64,000 nucleotides of DNA from a virus. Taxonomy: Duplodnaviria > Caudoviricetes. Shown one piece after another: positions 45,127 through 54,068 of the stretch (position 1 is the first letter of the stretch; each line of letters starts with the position of its first letter). Location: the IMG/VR virus record IMGVR_UViG_3300045938_000231, positions 5,423 to 69,422 of that record, one strand, 5' to 3'. A program made the position numbers and the translations under genes. The notes below the pieces were generated by a model. It was given only the letters and a program-made list of their open reading frames with translations, was not told the DNA's origin and did no database searches.

Positions 45127-46407
45127 ATGGCACCCAAAAGCGCCTTGTTAGGCAAAGAGGCAGAGGTTATCAAATTGTATGAAAGTGGTCAAAGTTGTAT
45201 TGGAGTCGCGAAACAGTATAAAGCTTCTGAACTGACTGTCAAAAAAATTCTACTTAAGAATGGGGTTGTTCTGAACAGACAAAAATCCTCAGAAAGGGCC
45301 ATTTACGTAGTACAGGCTTATCAGAACGGAAAGAGCCTTACAGCAACAGGGGACGAATTTGGTCTAAGCGCCATTGCTGTCTTAAAGATTCTGGCTAAAC
45401 ATGGTATTGAGCCTAGATCAAAAAGCAGACAGTTGAAAGAGAAGATGCTCAGGCAGGGAGAAGAAATAATAGAAGCTTACAGACAGGGAAAGAATCAGAA
45501 TGAAATCTGCACTACGTATAGAATTGGCCGTTTAGCTCTACTTTCCTTGCTTGAAAAGGCTGGTTGTAAGAAAAGGCACCACGGCGATAATATTCGACGC
45601 TACGCTGTAGATCACTCATATTTCGACAATATTGACTCAGAACAAAAAGCCTATTTTCTAGGCTACATGTTTGCAGATGGGTACAACAATGAGCAGGAAG
45701 GCTATTTCCTGTTGACTCTTCATCCAAAGGATGTAGAAGTACTTACTTCTTTCAAAAACGCACTCCAGACTGAGGCTCCTGTGCGCGTTAAACAGAGAGA
45801 GAGAAGTCCATATTGTAAATTACTTGTACACAGCAAACGACTATCCGAGCGACTAGCCGAACTAGGTTGCGTACAAGCCAAAACTTTTAAAATAACCTTC
45901 CCTAATTGGCTCAACCCAAATTTATATAATCACTTTGTACGTGGTTATTTCGATGGCGATGGGTCAATTTCAGACGTTAATAGGGCAAAATTCAAAAGCT
46001 TTATTGACATACTTGGTACTACGTCATTTATATCAACCCTTGCAGATATAGTTAGCAAGCTTTGCAATGTCAGGACTAAAATCATTGCACACCCCCGTAG
46101 CTTAGGCATTGAACGAGTGAATGTTCGGGGAAACAATCAAGTGAAACGAGTAGTGAGCTGGCTATATCAAGATGCCACGGTATTTTTAAGTCGAAAGAAG
46201 CAACGGGCCGATGCGATTTTATCAACCAATTTTGTCAGGGCAAGAGGTAAAGCAACAAAAAGAGCAGTAACGAAAAGCATGGCCCAAGAGATCAAAAACC
46301 TGTTAAGCGTTGAATTATCAGATCGTATCATCGCCGAGAGGTTTGATATTTCTACGCACGTTGTCTATCAAATCCGAACTGGCCGTTCTTGGGCTAGGGT
46401 ATTATAA
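45127..46407 (+). CDS. Free-standing LAGLIDADG homing endonuclease with HTH modules (cassette B)
   Basis: AYFLGYMFADG and FVRGYFDGDG motifs; three N-terminal HTH-like repeats; C-terminal GRSWARV module. Confidence 0.88.
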   Translation: MAPKSALLGKEAEVIKLYESGQSCIGVAKQYKASELTVKKILLKNGVVLNRQKSSERAIYVVQAYQNGKSLTATGDEFGLSAIAVLKILAKHGIEPRSKSRQLKEKMLRQGEEIIEAYRQGKNQNEICTTYRIGRLALLSLLEKAGCKKRHHGDNIRRYAVDHSYFDNIDSEQKAYFLGYMFADGYNNEQEGYFLLTLHPKDVEVLTSFKNALQTEAPVRVKQRERSPYCKLLVHSKRLSERLAELGCVQAKTFKITFPNWLNPNLYNHFVRGYFDGDGSISDVNRAKFKSFIDILGTTSFISTLADIVSKLCNVRTKIIAHPRSLGIERVNVRGNNQVKRVVSWLYQDATVFLSRKKQRADAILSTNFVRARGKATKRAVTKSMAQEIKNLLSVELSDRIIAERFDISTHVVYQIRTGRSWARVL

Positions 46408-46410
46408 TCA

Positions 46411-46443
46411 AGCGGGTATCAACCGTAACGGTTGATACCCGCT
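46411..46443. repeat. Near-perfect 33-bp palindrome
   Basis: AGCGGGTATCAACCGT-A-ACGGTTGATACCCGCT. Confidence 0.9.
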
Positions 46444-46462
46444 GTGAGAACAGCCTTTTGGG

Positions 46463-47026
46463 TTAAACAGGATCGTTCTCGATACATTGCACAACCAAAC
46501 TTAGCCTCCAGCACACGTACGGCCAACGATCGTAGGTGCGGTCAGAAGCCGATACGACAAATGGAGCGAATGCGGCCTGTAGGGTTGTGTCCTGCCAGGT
46601 GCTGATACGTAGTACGCAGGGCTCGTACTTGAGTGCGTTTCTTATCTGCACTTTGATTTCTTCCGGAAAGCCGTCGACAGACTTATACGGAGCCGCTAGC
46701 TTTTTCATATTGGCCCAGCCAATCAAAACAACATTCCGCTCTGTCCGGATCGCGTGTCGTGGGCTATGCCGTGCCCGGTTGAAGTCGCTGACTTCTGGAT
46801 CTGGAGCGTAGAAGAACAGAACCGACTTATACGAGTCCGACGGCCGACAGTCGATGTACTCACCATCCTTGATCAGCGCCTTGGGAATAGGTTGCGCCCT
46901 CTCAGATCCAACCTTTGATTCATCATGAAGATGCACCCGGCCAAATAGCTGATCGATGAAGCCGATTGGCAGAAGCCGTTCCTGAATGCGTTTGATGGCG
47001 TCAGTTAATGTGCGCGGCTCGTTCAC
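46463..47026 (-). CDS. Putative tail terminator / neck protein
   Basis: 187 aa after the head-completion genes; assigned by position only. Confidence 0.55.
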   Translation of the reverse strand: MNEPRTLTDAIKRIQERLLPIGFIDQLFGRVHLHDESKVGSERAQPIPKALIKDGEYIDCRPSDSYKSVLFFYAPDPEVSDFNRARHSPRHAIRTERNVVLIGWANMKKLAAPYKSVDGFPEEIKVQIRNALKYEPCVLRISTWQDTTLQAAFAPFVVSASDRTYDRWPYVCWRLSLVVQCIENDPV

Positions 47027-47409
47027 TAGAATAGATATTTAATGCGTTCCAGAACATCATCGGACGAATGACCATCCCACGTCGGAGCTAGATCAGCTGT
47101 ATAAGCGAAATCGCATTCCCCCCAACACGATAGCGGCAAATGATAGGTCAACTGCTCCCCCAGTTCGGTTCCAATACCCAGCACGAACCAACCACCCCCA
47201 AATGCTAACTCGCCATCAGAATGACGCATTGACCGCCAAACATGACGAACGTTCGGCCGCTGTAGGGATTTCTCACGGCATAGGGCAATCCATAGCGCGA
47301 TTCGATGATCATACAATTCGCCAAATGTGTGATAGCCGTCGGACACCTGGTTAGCGTCGATATCCGACGTTTTAATGATGGTGTTAATTTCAGATACCTG
47401 AATCTTCAT
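47026..47409 (-). CDS. WDGH-motif hypothetical phage protein
   Basis: SDGYHTFGELYDHR...APTWDGHSSDDVLERI. Confidence 0.75.
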   Translation of the reverse strand: MKIQVSEINTIIKTSDIDANQVSDGYHTFGELYDHRIALWIALCREKSLQRPNVRHVWRSMRHSDGELAFGGGWFVLGIGTELGEQLTYHLPLSCWGECDFAYTADLAPTWDGHSSDDVLERIKYLF

Positions 47410-47855
47410 CGTTGTAAAGCCTGTTTAAAGTCGTCCTGAATAAATGGTTTCAGACGGTCCTGCAGCTGCTCCGTGCTCGGCACCGTTAATCCGAATATCC
47501 TATCACTATAGCGCTTCACCAAATAGGGCGTTTTCGGATCTGCCGAATCGAGTTCAGTATCGCCGTTAGCCACTGGCTTGGTCCGTATCCCTTTGTAGAA
47601 TTTCTCCTCATCCTTCAGGTCGACCACAGCCGTCTGCAGGCCTTTCTTCTTCCGGGCGACAACCGTACCCTTTTTGTAAAACGGTTTGATATCGGAGCCG
47701 TCGGATAGTTGGCCGTGCTCCAGCTGATCCCGGTTCAGATCCTCGATGTAATTACCGTTCGCCTGAATCTGATTGGCCACGATCGCACGGATGTCGATGT
47801 TCAGCAGCTTACCGATCATCAGATCTTTCAGGTCGTCTCTTATACCCGGCCTCAT
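47406..47855 (-). CDS. Putative tail completion / neck protein
   Basis: 149 aa; LNRDQLEHG...VDLKDEEKFYKGI...RIFGLT pattern seen in Bacteroidota phages. Confidence 0.6.
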   Translation of the reverse strand: MRPGIRDDLKDLMIGKLLNIDIRAIVANQIQANGNYIEDLNRDQLEHGQLSDGSDIKPFYKKGTVVARKKKGLQTAVVDLKDEEKFYKGIRTKPVANGDTELDSADPKTPYLVKRYSDRIFGLTVPSTEQLQDRLKPFIQDDFKQALQR

Positions 47856-48901
47856 CAGACTGTCGTGAACGTTATTTCGTCCGAATGATCAACGTCTAGC
47901 GCTTTGGAGGCTTCGGCCTGGAGCGCCTTGACCAATGAGGACAGCGCTTTATCCAGTTTGATTGGCACCCGATCCGTATTGTCCTTTTCGGTAAGCCAGA
48001 ACAAGGCAGCCTGTATAGCATCCTCCGTTTCCCCGTTTTTACGCGTTGAATTGGCAATCTTGCTCAGGAACGAAACGGCGATTTGATGCCGTAGGGCTGT
48101 CAGTAGCCGGCGCGGATCGTCAACAAGTCGGCCTGATACGTCACCAGCAGCTGATAGTACGATGTTGAGTCCGAAATTGCTGGAGCGCGTCGTTACCCCG
48201 TTACCAATGCCGCTGATCTTGGCGAACGAACTAATGCAGGGCCCCACGCAATTCCGGCAATTATTATGCGATTTCGGCCACTGGGTAACTGTATTGTATG
48301 CGTTGTTACCGTCCCCCAGATCGTTTTCCTGATACGTCAACGTGTAGGTGTGGCCAGCCAGTAGCGGTAGCGACGTTTCTCCTACATCCTGCCATTTTCC
48401 ACCAATGGGCACCGGTATTTCGGTTTCACTGCCTGTATCAACGTCTGTCAATACTAGGCTCAAGCCCTCTACCTCCGTAAAGCCGAACAACTGAGTACGC
48501 TCCAGTTGCAGACTTACATCAGTTCTGATCGGGATAATTTCCAGGCCAACGGTGCGGCCGCTCTTCTCAATGATTGGCGGTTGACCAAACGACCCTTTGA
48601 ACAGCGTGGTCGGACGCATGAGCGCAGGCGCCAGGCCTGCCTCGATCAACCGGGTTTCCAGATCGCTCAGCAGTGTGGTAATCGCATCCTGACGCGTTTG
48701 AGCCAGGAAGGAAACAAACTGATCGGCTATGTTGGGAAACGTTTTTTCCAACGTCGTCAGCCGTAGCAAATCATGGCATTGATCCACCGTCAGCCCGGTC
48801 GTCGTCTTTTTCAGTTCATCGGTCAATCCCTGTTCTAGTTCCGGATCGGGCCGAAAGCCAACCATAGCGGTAAGCAGGGAGGTAAGTTGAAGGGTAAGCA
48901 T
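47855..48901 (-). CDS. Putative head-tail adaptor
   Basis: 348 aa immediately after the capsid gene. Confidence 0.6.
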   Translation of the reverse strand: MLTLQLTSLLTAMVGFRPDPELEQGLTDELKKTTTGLTVDQCHDLLRLTTLEKTFPNIADQFVSFLAQTRQDAITTLLSDLETRLIEAGLAPALMRPTTLFKGSFGQPPIIEKSGRTVGLEIIPIRTDVSLQLERTQLFGFTEVEGLSLVLTDVDTGSETEIPVPIGGKWQDVGETSLPLLAGHTYTLTYQENDLGDGNNAYNTVTQWPKSHNNCRNCVGPCISSFAKISGIGNGVTTRSSNFGLNIVLSAAGDVSGRLVDDPRRLLTALRHQIAVSFLSKIANSTRKNGETEDAIQAALFWLTEKDNTDRVPIKLDKALSSLVKALQAEASKALDVDHSDEITFTTV

Positions 48902-48919
48902 AGGGTAAGCTGGAGTAAA

Positions 48920-48955
48920 GCAAAAAGCCCCCTCAGAATCGAGAGGGCTTTTTGC
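48920..48955 (-). terminator. Terminator after the major capsid gene
   Basis: GCAAAAAGCCC-cctcagaatcgaga-GGGCTTTTTGC. Confidence 0.85.
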
Positions 48956-48974
48956 TGGTATGAGTTAAAAGAGG

Positions 48975-50015
48975 TTAGGCAGCAGCTGCTACGTTCAGTT
49001 TCACAATGGGCGATTGCGTAGCGACTGATGAGTACGCTTTGGCAAAGGCAATATCGACAAATGGATACCAGTACTCCGTGTAGGCACGCTCCAGGCCAGG
49101 GATGATATCGGCATGGTTTTCGGGCTTGCCGACGTACACAACCCCCAATTCCAGCGTGAACGTATAACCAGATAGGCTGGTAAAGGTCAGCGGCATGGTG
49201 TAGTATTTCAGCCCCGAATCATACGAGCCGATTCCTTTACGGCAGTCATATTCCGTCCACTGCGTAATCGACAGCGAATTGGTCGGGATCACGTAGGACG
49301 AAGCGAAGTTGCCCGTCGATGGTGTGATCGCTGGCGAGTAAGCGAACTCATATCCGGCCAGCAGCTTTTCCAGGTTCTGCTGGTTGTACGTACCGAACGT
49401 GGTTTTCTCCAGTACGATAGACATAGCCTCCACGTTGGAAATCATGTGGAATGGACCGGTCATGTTCAGTTTCCGCATTACTGAAGGCAGCTGCAGGTAT
49501 AGATCTTTCGTATTTGTGGAGTATGCGCCACCTGTTGGCGTGCCCATTAACGACGAAACCGGCAACGAAGAGAACTTAGCAGCTTCTAACATCGACGTAC
49601 CATCGGTTTCCAGCTTCTCGCAGATCGAACGGATCAAATCTTCAAGCTGGCCGGCCAGATCATCTTCGGCAGTCAGGTAGTTATCAGCATTGACCGACTC
49701 GATCAAACCAACGACACCGCCGTAGGTATTGTAATTCAGGCCAACTTTTGCGGTGTTAGAGCCAGTAGGCTGAGCGGTAATCGTGCGCGTGGTCAATACG
49801 GGTGGGGTAGACCGTTTACGAACGATGGTTTCCACCGGCCGACGAGCTGAGGAACGAAGGCGGGTTTGTTCAGAAGGGGAAATGATCCCGTTCTTATACT
49901 TGTCAAATGCTTCGAGTACTCCCAGATCCGGGCGACGCTTCTCGAAGGCCATCATGGCGTCTTTTGCTTTGAGCACGGCGTTAGTAAACACCGATGCGGA
50001 TAAATCTCCAGCCAT
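48975..50015 (-). CDS. Major capsid protein
   Basis: 346 aa after the scaffold, followed by a strong terminator; resembles Bacteroidota prophage capsid proteins. Confidence 0.78.
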   Translation of the reverse strand: MAGDLSASVFTNAVLKAKDAMMAFEKRRPDLGVLEAFDKYKNGIISPSEQTRLRSSARRPVETIVRKRSTPPVLTTRTITAQPTGSNTAKVGLNYNTYGGVVGLIESVNADNYLTAEDDLAGQLEDLIRSICEKLETDGTSMLEAAKFSSLPVSSLMGTPTGGAYSTNTKDLYLQLPSVMRKLNMTGPFHMISNVEAMSIVLEKTTFGTYNQQNLEKLLAGYEFAYSPAITPSTGNFASSYVIPTNSLSITQWTEYDCRKGIGSYDSGLKYYTMPLTFTSLSGYTFTLELGVVYVGKPENHADIIPGLERAYTEYWYPFVDIAFAKAYSSVATQSPIVKLNVAAAA

Positions 50016-50088
50016 TGTTTGTGAAAAAGTTAAACGATTGTTGGCAGCCCTGCTTTATGTCGTTTGCTAATTCACAGCCCTGGTTTAC

Positions 50089-50928
50089 TTACTTGCCAAT
50101 CGCCTTCATGGCTTTGCGGAATAACTCCTCCCACTCCGGCGTCATGTACGCTTTACCCATCTCAGATAGTTTTTCCTCGATGGTTTTTTGATCCGGTCCT
50201 AGATAGCCTTCGTTTTTGCTGTTAGGATCGTTCTTTCCGGAACCTGAACCACCCTGAGAATGCGTTGAGGTTGTCAGTTCCGAAGCGAAGTCACGAGCGA
50301 CAATCTGATCAGCCGTCATTGGCTCACCATTTTCCATCTGTGCTTCACCTTTACCGTTAACGTAGACGAGCCCGCCGTTTTCGCTCTTTGCGCTGTAAGT
50401 CGCATTGAAAACGATTCCCTTTTGGGTTCGCTGGCTTTTCTGGAAAGCCGCAATCTCATCGTCTTTACGCAGATGAGGAGGTACGGCAAACGTTAGGGCG
50501 TTCAGTGCACCAGACACCTGCGCGTTAACCGTGGCCTTAAAAGCATTCTTCCGTTCTGTGTCGATCTCAGTCCGTAGAGTCGTCAGTTCAGTACGTAATC
50601 CTTTTACTGTCGCTGATTCTGGCGTATCACCATCCTCCAGGTACTTCAGTTTGGCGGAAACCCGGTCAAAATAATCGTGACCTGATTCACCAGCGTTTTT
50701 CTTGATACCCGTCAGTTTCTCGATTTTGGTCTCATAACCTTCGTGGTTCTTCCGAACCGCTTCATTGATCGATGTCTGGGTGTTCCGCGTGTACTCGTCC
50801 ATGGTACCGACGAACATGCCCTTTTTATCGGTCAGGTGTTTAGTGAAGCCATCACCATGATTGTCATAGATAGAATCAATCAATACAGGATCCTTATCAA
50901 GTTCAGCTTTAAATTCTTCGTAATTCAT
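50089..50928 (-). CDS. Capsid scaffolding protein
   Basis: Charged coiled coil, GGSGS linker, short C-terminal helix; directly before the capsid gene. Confidence 0.75.
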   Translation of the reverse strand: MNYEEFKAELDKDPVLIDSIYDNHGDGFTKHLTDKKGMFVGTMDEYTRNTQTSINEAVRKNHEGYETKIEKLTGIKKNAGESGHDYFDRVSAKLKYLEDGDTPESATVKGLRTELTTLRTEIDTERKNAFKATVNAQVSGALNALTFAVPPHLRKDDEIAAFQKSQRTQKGIVFNATYSAKSENGGLVYVNGKGEAQMENGEPMTADQIVARDFASELTTSTHSQGGSGSGKNDPNSKNEGYLGPDQKTIEEKLSEMGKAYMTPEWEELFRKAMKAIGK

Positions 50929-50986
50929 GATTTGCGTTAACAGTAGCCCTGTCTTGTGGTAGAATAAATGAGACTAATAGTTTGAT

Positions 50987-51355
50987 TTAGGCTTCAGGTT
51001 CACCTTCCGGTGCTTTTTCCTCCGGTGTGTGCCATACTTCATGCGATAACCCCAGACGCTCAAACAGGCCGTCTTCAGCCGTATGGGCTTCATATTCTTC
51101 CGGAGTATACACACCAATAGCCGATACGTGATCAGCAGGCACATCGTACTCATGCTCCCGAATCTTCTGTTTGGTGAACTGGTAAACGATTACGTTATCC
51201 AGATCATGCTTTTGAAGCGGGTACTGCTTTTTGGTATCCTTATCCAGATAAATAGGATCCGGTAGACCACTTAGATTAACTGACTTCGGGTTGCCGTCCT
51301 TTGCCGCTTCCTGCTGGCTCTGGGACTTTGCGTCGGTTGCTGTCTTCTTGGACAT
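50987..51355 (-). CDS. Hypothetical head-region protein
   Basis: MSKKTATDAK...; overlaps the last 80 nt of the portal gene. Confidence 0.65.
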   Translation of the reverse strand: MSKKTATDAKSQSQQEAAKDGNPKSVNLSGLPDPIYLDKDTKKQYPLQKHDLDNVIVYQFTKQKIREHEYDVPADHVSAIGVYTPEEYEAHTAEDGLFERLGLSHEVWHTPEEKAPEGEPEA

Positions 51356-53069
51356 ACGTGTAAAGAGTTTTAGAAATGGTACTGATACGAGTGGCCATTG
51401 AGAGTGCTTTCCCGAATATCTCAACGCCGAAATTTTCCCGTTCGAATCGGGCGATGTACTGGCTGAAATTAGCTTTTAATTCCCATACGTCCGTGCCGAC
51501 AGGAACGGCGGTTAGGGCCAGATCAGGGTACGGCTCCAGCTGAGCCAGGATGTAATAGCGGATCTGTTCTGACTCCGACGCTCCCGCCAGCAGCTTATCG
51601 ATACGCGACCGGCGCGTCATCAGTTGATACGTCGGCAGACCTGATTTCCGGGCGGCATCATAATCGGCAATCGCCTGCCCAGGGGAGAGCAGGTGAAACT
51701 CGGTACCGTAACTGACCGACACGTTTAGAAACTGGGGACCATAGCGAAGGGCCAACAAGCACCGGCGTAGAGCAGCATCGGTCTGCTGTAAGTGTTCAGC
51801 CCAGTACTTGAGAATGCCTTTCCGCTTTTCGAACCGGGCCTGCACCTGGTCCATGTTCACAGGTGTCGTGCTCTGATCGACCGTCCCATCATCACCGGTC
51901 AGGGCGTCCACCAGGTCGCGCTCCATGTCGTCAATCTTCTCGGCGTTATAGTCGAGTAGTTGACGGTCGGCATTGATAAACCCGGCTGGTTCGCTCAGGT
52001 CGGCAGATTCGCGGTCCCTGGGCTGAGGAACCTCATAGTTCGAGCCTGGACCGATGGGCTTTCGTTTGGCGCAGGCAGGACAGGCATACTGTTTAACCAC
52101 CTCCTCCATTTGGCCCGTTCTCGGGTTTTCCTGCTCGACCGTGTAATTGATAAAGCCCTCATTACAGGGTACGCCTTCTGGTGACTCGTACCGACAGGTC
52201 GATTTGTAATTCCACAGGATGGGAAACGAGCTATACAGATCGACGTGCTCGCGGAAGATGCAGGCAGCGACGTATTTGTCCAGATCCGAAAACAGGGCGT
52301 GTAAAGGCGATTGGATGCGCAGGGGTCTGCTTTCGATCAGCCGATCATGCCAGATGAAACCAGTCGGCGCATAGCCTAACTGATGCGGATTGGTCAGCAG
52401 CCAGGACGCTTCACTATCCCCATTACGCTTGCGGAACACGCGGTAACATTCATCGTCAATGACAGCCCAGCGCTTCTCCACCTCTTTGCCGTGCTCATCT
52501 TTGATCGAGTCGAGCGGAAATATGACGTACTCGATCTGACCGCGCTTGGTAACACCAATATCCGTGAGTTGACCTACTTCGCGCAGGAGTGGCTCAGGCT
52601 CCGCATAGCCCGACTCGTTGGGCGTTGCAGATAGATCCACAATCCAGACAGCTGCTGACGCCTGGAGACACTGATTGAAGAGATTCTTATTCAGAAAGTT
52701 ATCGTATTGGATGGTTTCCATGTACTCGGTCGCATCCACTTTGAGCCCTTCCCGGGTGAACTCCATATCGATGTACTTATCCTCAGCGTCAAACGCCTTC
52801 AGATATTCATCAGCGGCTTTATCAATGAGCCGGGATGACGAAATAGGAAACAGCATGAGCTGCTTGAACCGGGCGAACTTTTCGGCGTTGTTGAGGACGC
52901 CTTCAATCCACTTTTCGAACGTGGCCAGGTATGAGCCAGCGTCGTCTCTACTGGTTGCCGTCAGTGCGTGGAACCGTTGCCGCTCGTTGTCCTTGGCGGC
53001 TCTGTCTAGTTCCGACTTGCTGAGCGGTTTTTTGATCCGCTGTATCGCTTGCAGGTCTGTGATCGGCAT
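51276..53069 (-). CDS. Portal protein
   Basis: 597 aa from MPITDLQ; RQRFHA...KFARFKQLMLFPI; CPAC insertion; position between terminase and scaffold. Confidence 0.8.
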   Translation of the reverse strand: MPITDLQAIQRIKKPLSKSELDRAAKDNERQRFHALTATSRDDAGSYLATFEKWIEGVLNNAEKFARFKQLMLFPISSSRLIDKAADEYLKAFDAEDKYIDMEFTREGLKVDATEYMETIQYDNFLNKNLFNQCLQASAAVWIVDLSATPNESGYAEPEPLLREVGQLTDIGVTKRGQIEYVIFPLDSIKDEHGKEVEKRWAVIDDECYRVFRKRNGDSEASWLLTNPHQLGYAPTGFIWHDRLIESRPLRIQSPLHALFSDLDKYVAACIFREHVDLYSSFPILWNYKSTCRYESPEGVPCNEGFINYTVEQENPRTGQMEEVVKQYACPACAKRKPIGPGSNYEVPQPRDRESADLSEPAGFINADRQLLDYNAEKIDDMERDLVDALTGDDGTVDQSTTPVNMDQVQARFEKRKGILKYWAEHLQQTDAALRRCLLALRYGPQFLNVSVSYGTEFHLLSPGQAIADYDAARKSGLPTYQLMTRRSRIDKLLAGASESEQIRYYILAQLEPYPDLALTAVPVGTDVWELKANFSQYIARFERENFGVEIFGKALSMATRISTISKTLYTYVQEDSNRRKVPEPAGSGKGRQPEVS

Positions 53070-53220
53070 TTTCTGGGGGTACGGTAGGTACGGAATCAGC
53101 CTCTTTAAAATTGAATACTCCCATTCGATTCTGCAGGGCCAGAAGCCGTGGCACCTGCTCAGTGGGGAATGATTCCGGCTCCCCATCAGAGAGCCGGATC
53201 AATTCGGTAGTTTCGCCCAT
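52948..53220 (-). CDS. Small hypothetical protein overlapping the portal start
   Basis: Starts 9 nt after the tail tube stop; N-terminal half looks like an ordered protein. Confidence 0.6.
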   Translation of the reverse strand: MGETTELIRLSDGEPESFPTEQVPRLLALQNRMGVFNFKEADSVPTVPPENADHRPASDTADQKTAQQVGTRQSRQGQRAATVPRTDGNQ

Positions 53221-53229
53221 AGGGTTGGA

Positions 53230-53871
53230 TTAAACGCCCGGTACGTTCACCAGCGTCGATACGACGAAATTGGCCTCAAAGACCTGTTCGTCATCGCCCC
53301 AGCCGCCCTCCAGGTGGAAGTTGATGTCGTAATCGTTGGAGGCACCCTGACCACCTTTCTTGGGATCCGACACGAACAGGTTGTACACTGGAATTGGCTT
53401 ACCTGCAGCCAGACCACCGATGCCAGATCCTTCGTGAAGGAGATACATACCGACGCGGGTACCGTGCTGGTAGTTACCAGACTTGGCCGCGATTTTGCGT
53501 AGCTCTTTCATCTGAGCAGCTGAAGCGCCTGAAATGGTGCCAGTGCCGGCCACGAAAGAGGTTGTACGCAGACGAGGAACGCCATTTGCTGTCGACGCAT
53601 CGTTGCCACCTTCCGTAACTGCAGTCGATTTAGGGATGTCAAGGCTGTCGATGAAGGGCGTAACAACCACGAGGCCTACCGCGCCTGACGCTTTGGTAAC
53701 GGCCGTCTGCCAGGCAGCTGAGGTTTTAATCGTGACTTCCGTAAACACGTTATCAGCCAGCAGGACGAAAGCGAGCTTGAGCACGTTACCAGGAATCAGG
53801 TCATAACCGGGATCAACCGCAACCGTGAGTTTAGCCAGCTGATCAGCTTGGGAATAGAGGGGTTTGGGCAT
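53230..53871 (-). CDS. Putative major tail (tube) protein
   Basis: 213 aa, beta-rich, VVVTPFI...EGGND...PIPVYNLFVSD pattern; no other tube candidate in the window. Confidence 0.55.
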   Translation of the reverse strand: MPKPLYSQADQLAKLTVAVDPGYDLIPGNVLKLAFVLLADNVFTEVTIKTSAAWQTAVTKASGAVGLVVVTPFIDSLDIPKSTAVTEGGNDASTANGVPRLRTTSFVAGTGTISGASAAQMKELRKIAAKSGNYQHGTRVGMYLLHEGSGIGGLAAGKPIPVYNLFVSDPKKGGQGASNDYDINFHLEGGWGDDEQVFEANFVVSTLVNVPGV

Positions 53872-54068
53872 TGTAAAAGGGGATATGTGTGACGTGCTTT
53901 GCAGTCAGCCCCCCGCCTGGAGATGGCGTGTAAATAACTTATGCGCCCTTGGTTGCAGCCCCTATGATGAGTTGGCAGTTAGGCAGGAACACCGTCGTTA
54001 GTGCTCCTGCCCTTCCACCTCGGCATAAGTCAGGGCTGCTGTTTTGCGTTTTGAAGATAGCGGAATGA

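Noticed and set aside
48869-48910. Repeated GGTAAG hexamers at about 12-bp spacing
   Set aside because: Mostly explained by Leu-Thr codons at the start of the adaptor gene.
53070-53186. Longer N-termini from the ORF track (portal 53186, ASCH 4485, cassette B ORF 43391)
   Set aside because: They overlap better-supported genes or regulatory elements; family-like sequence begins at the downstream ATG.
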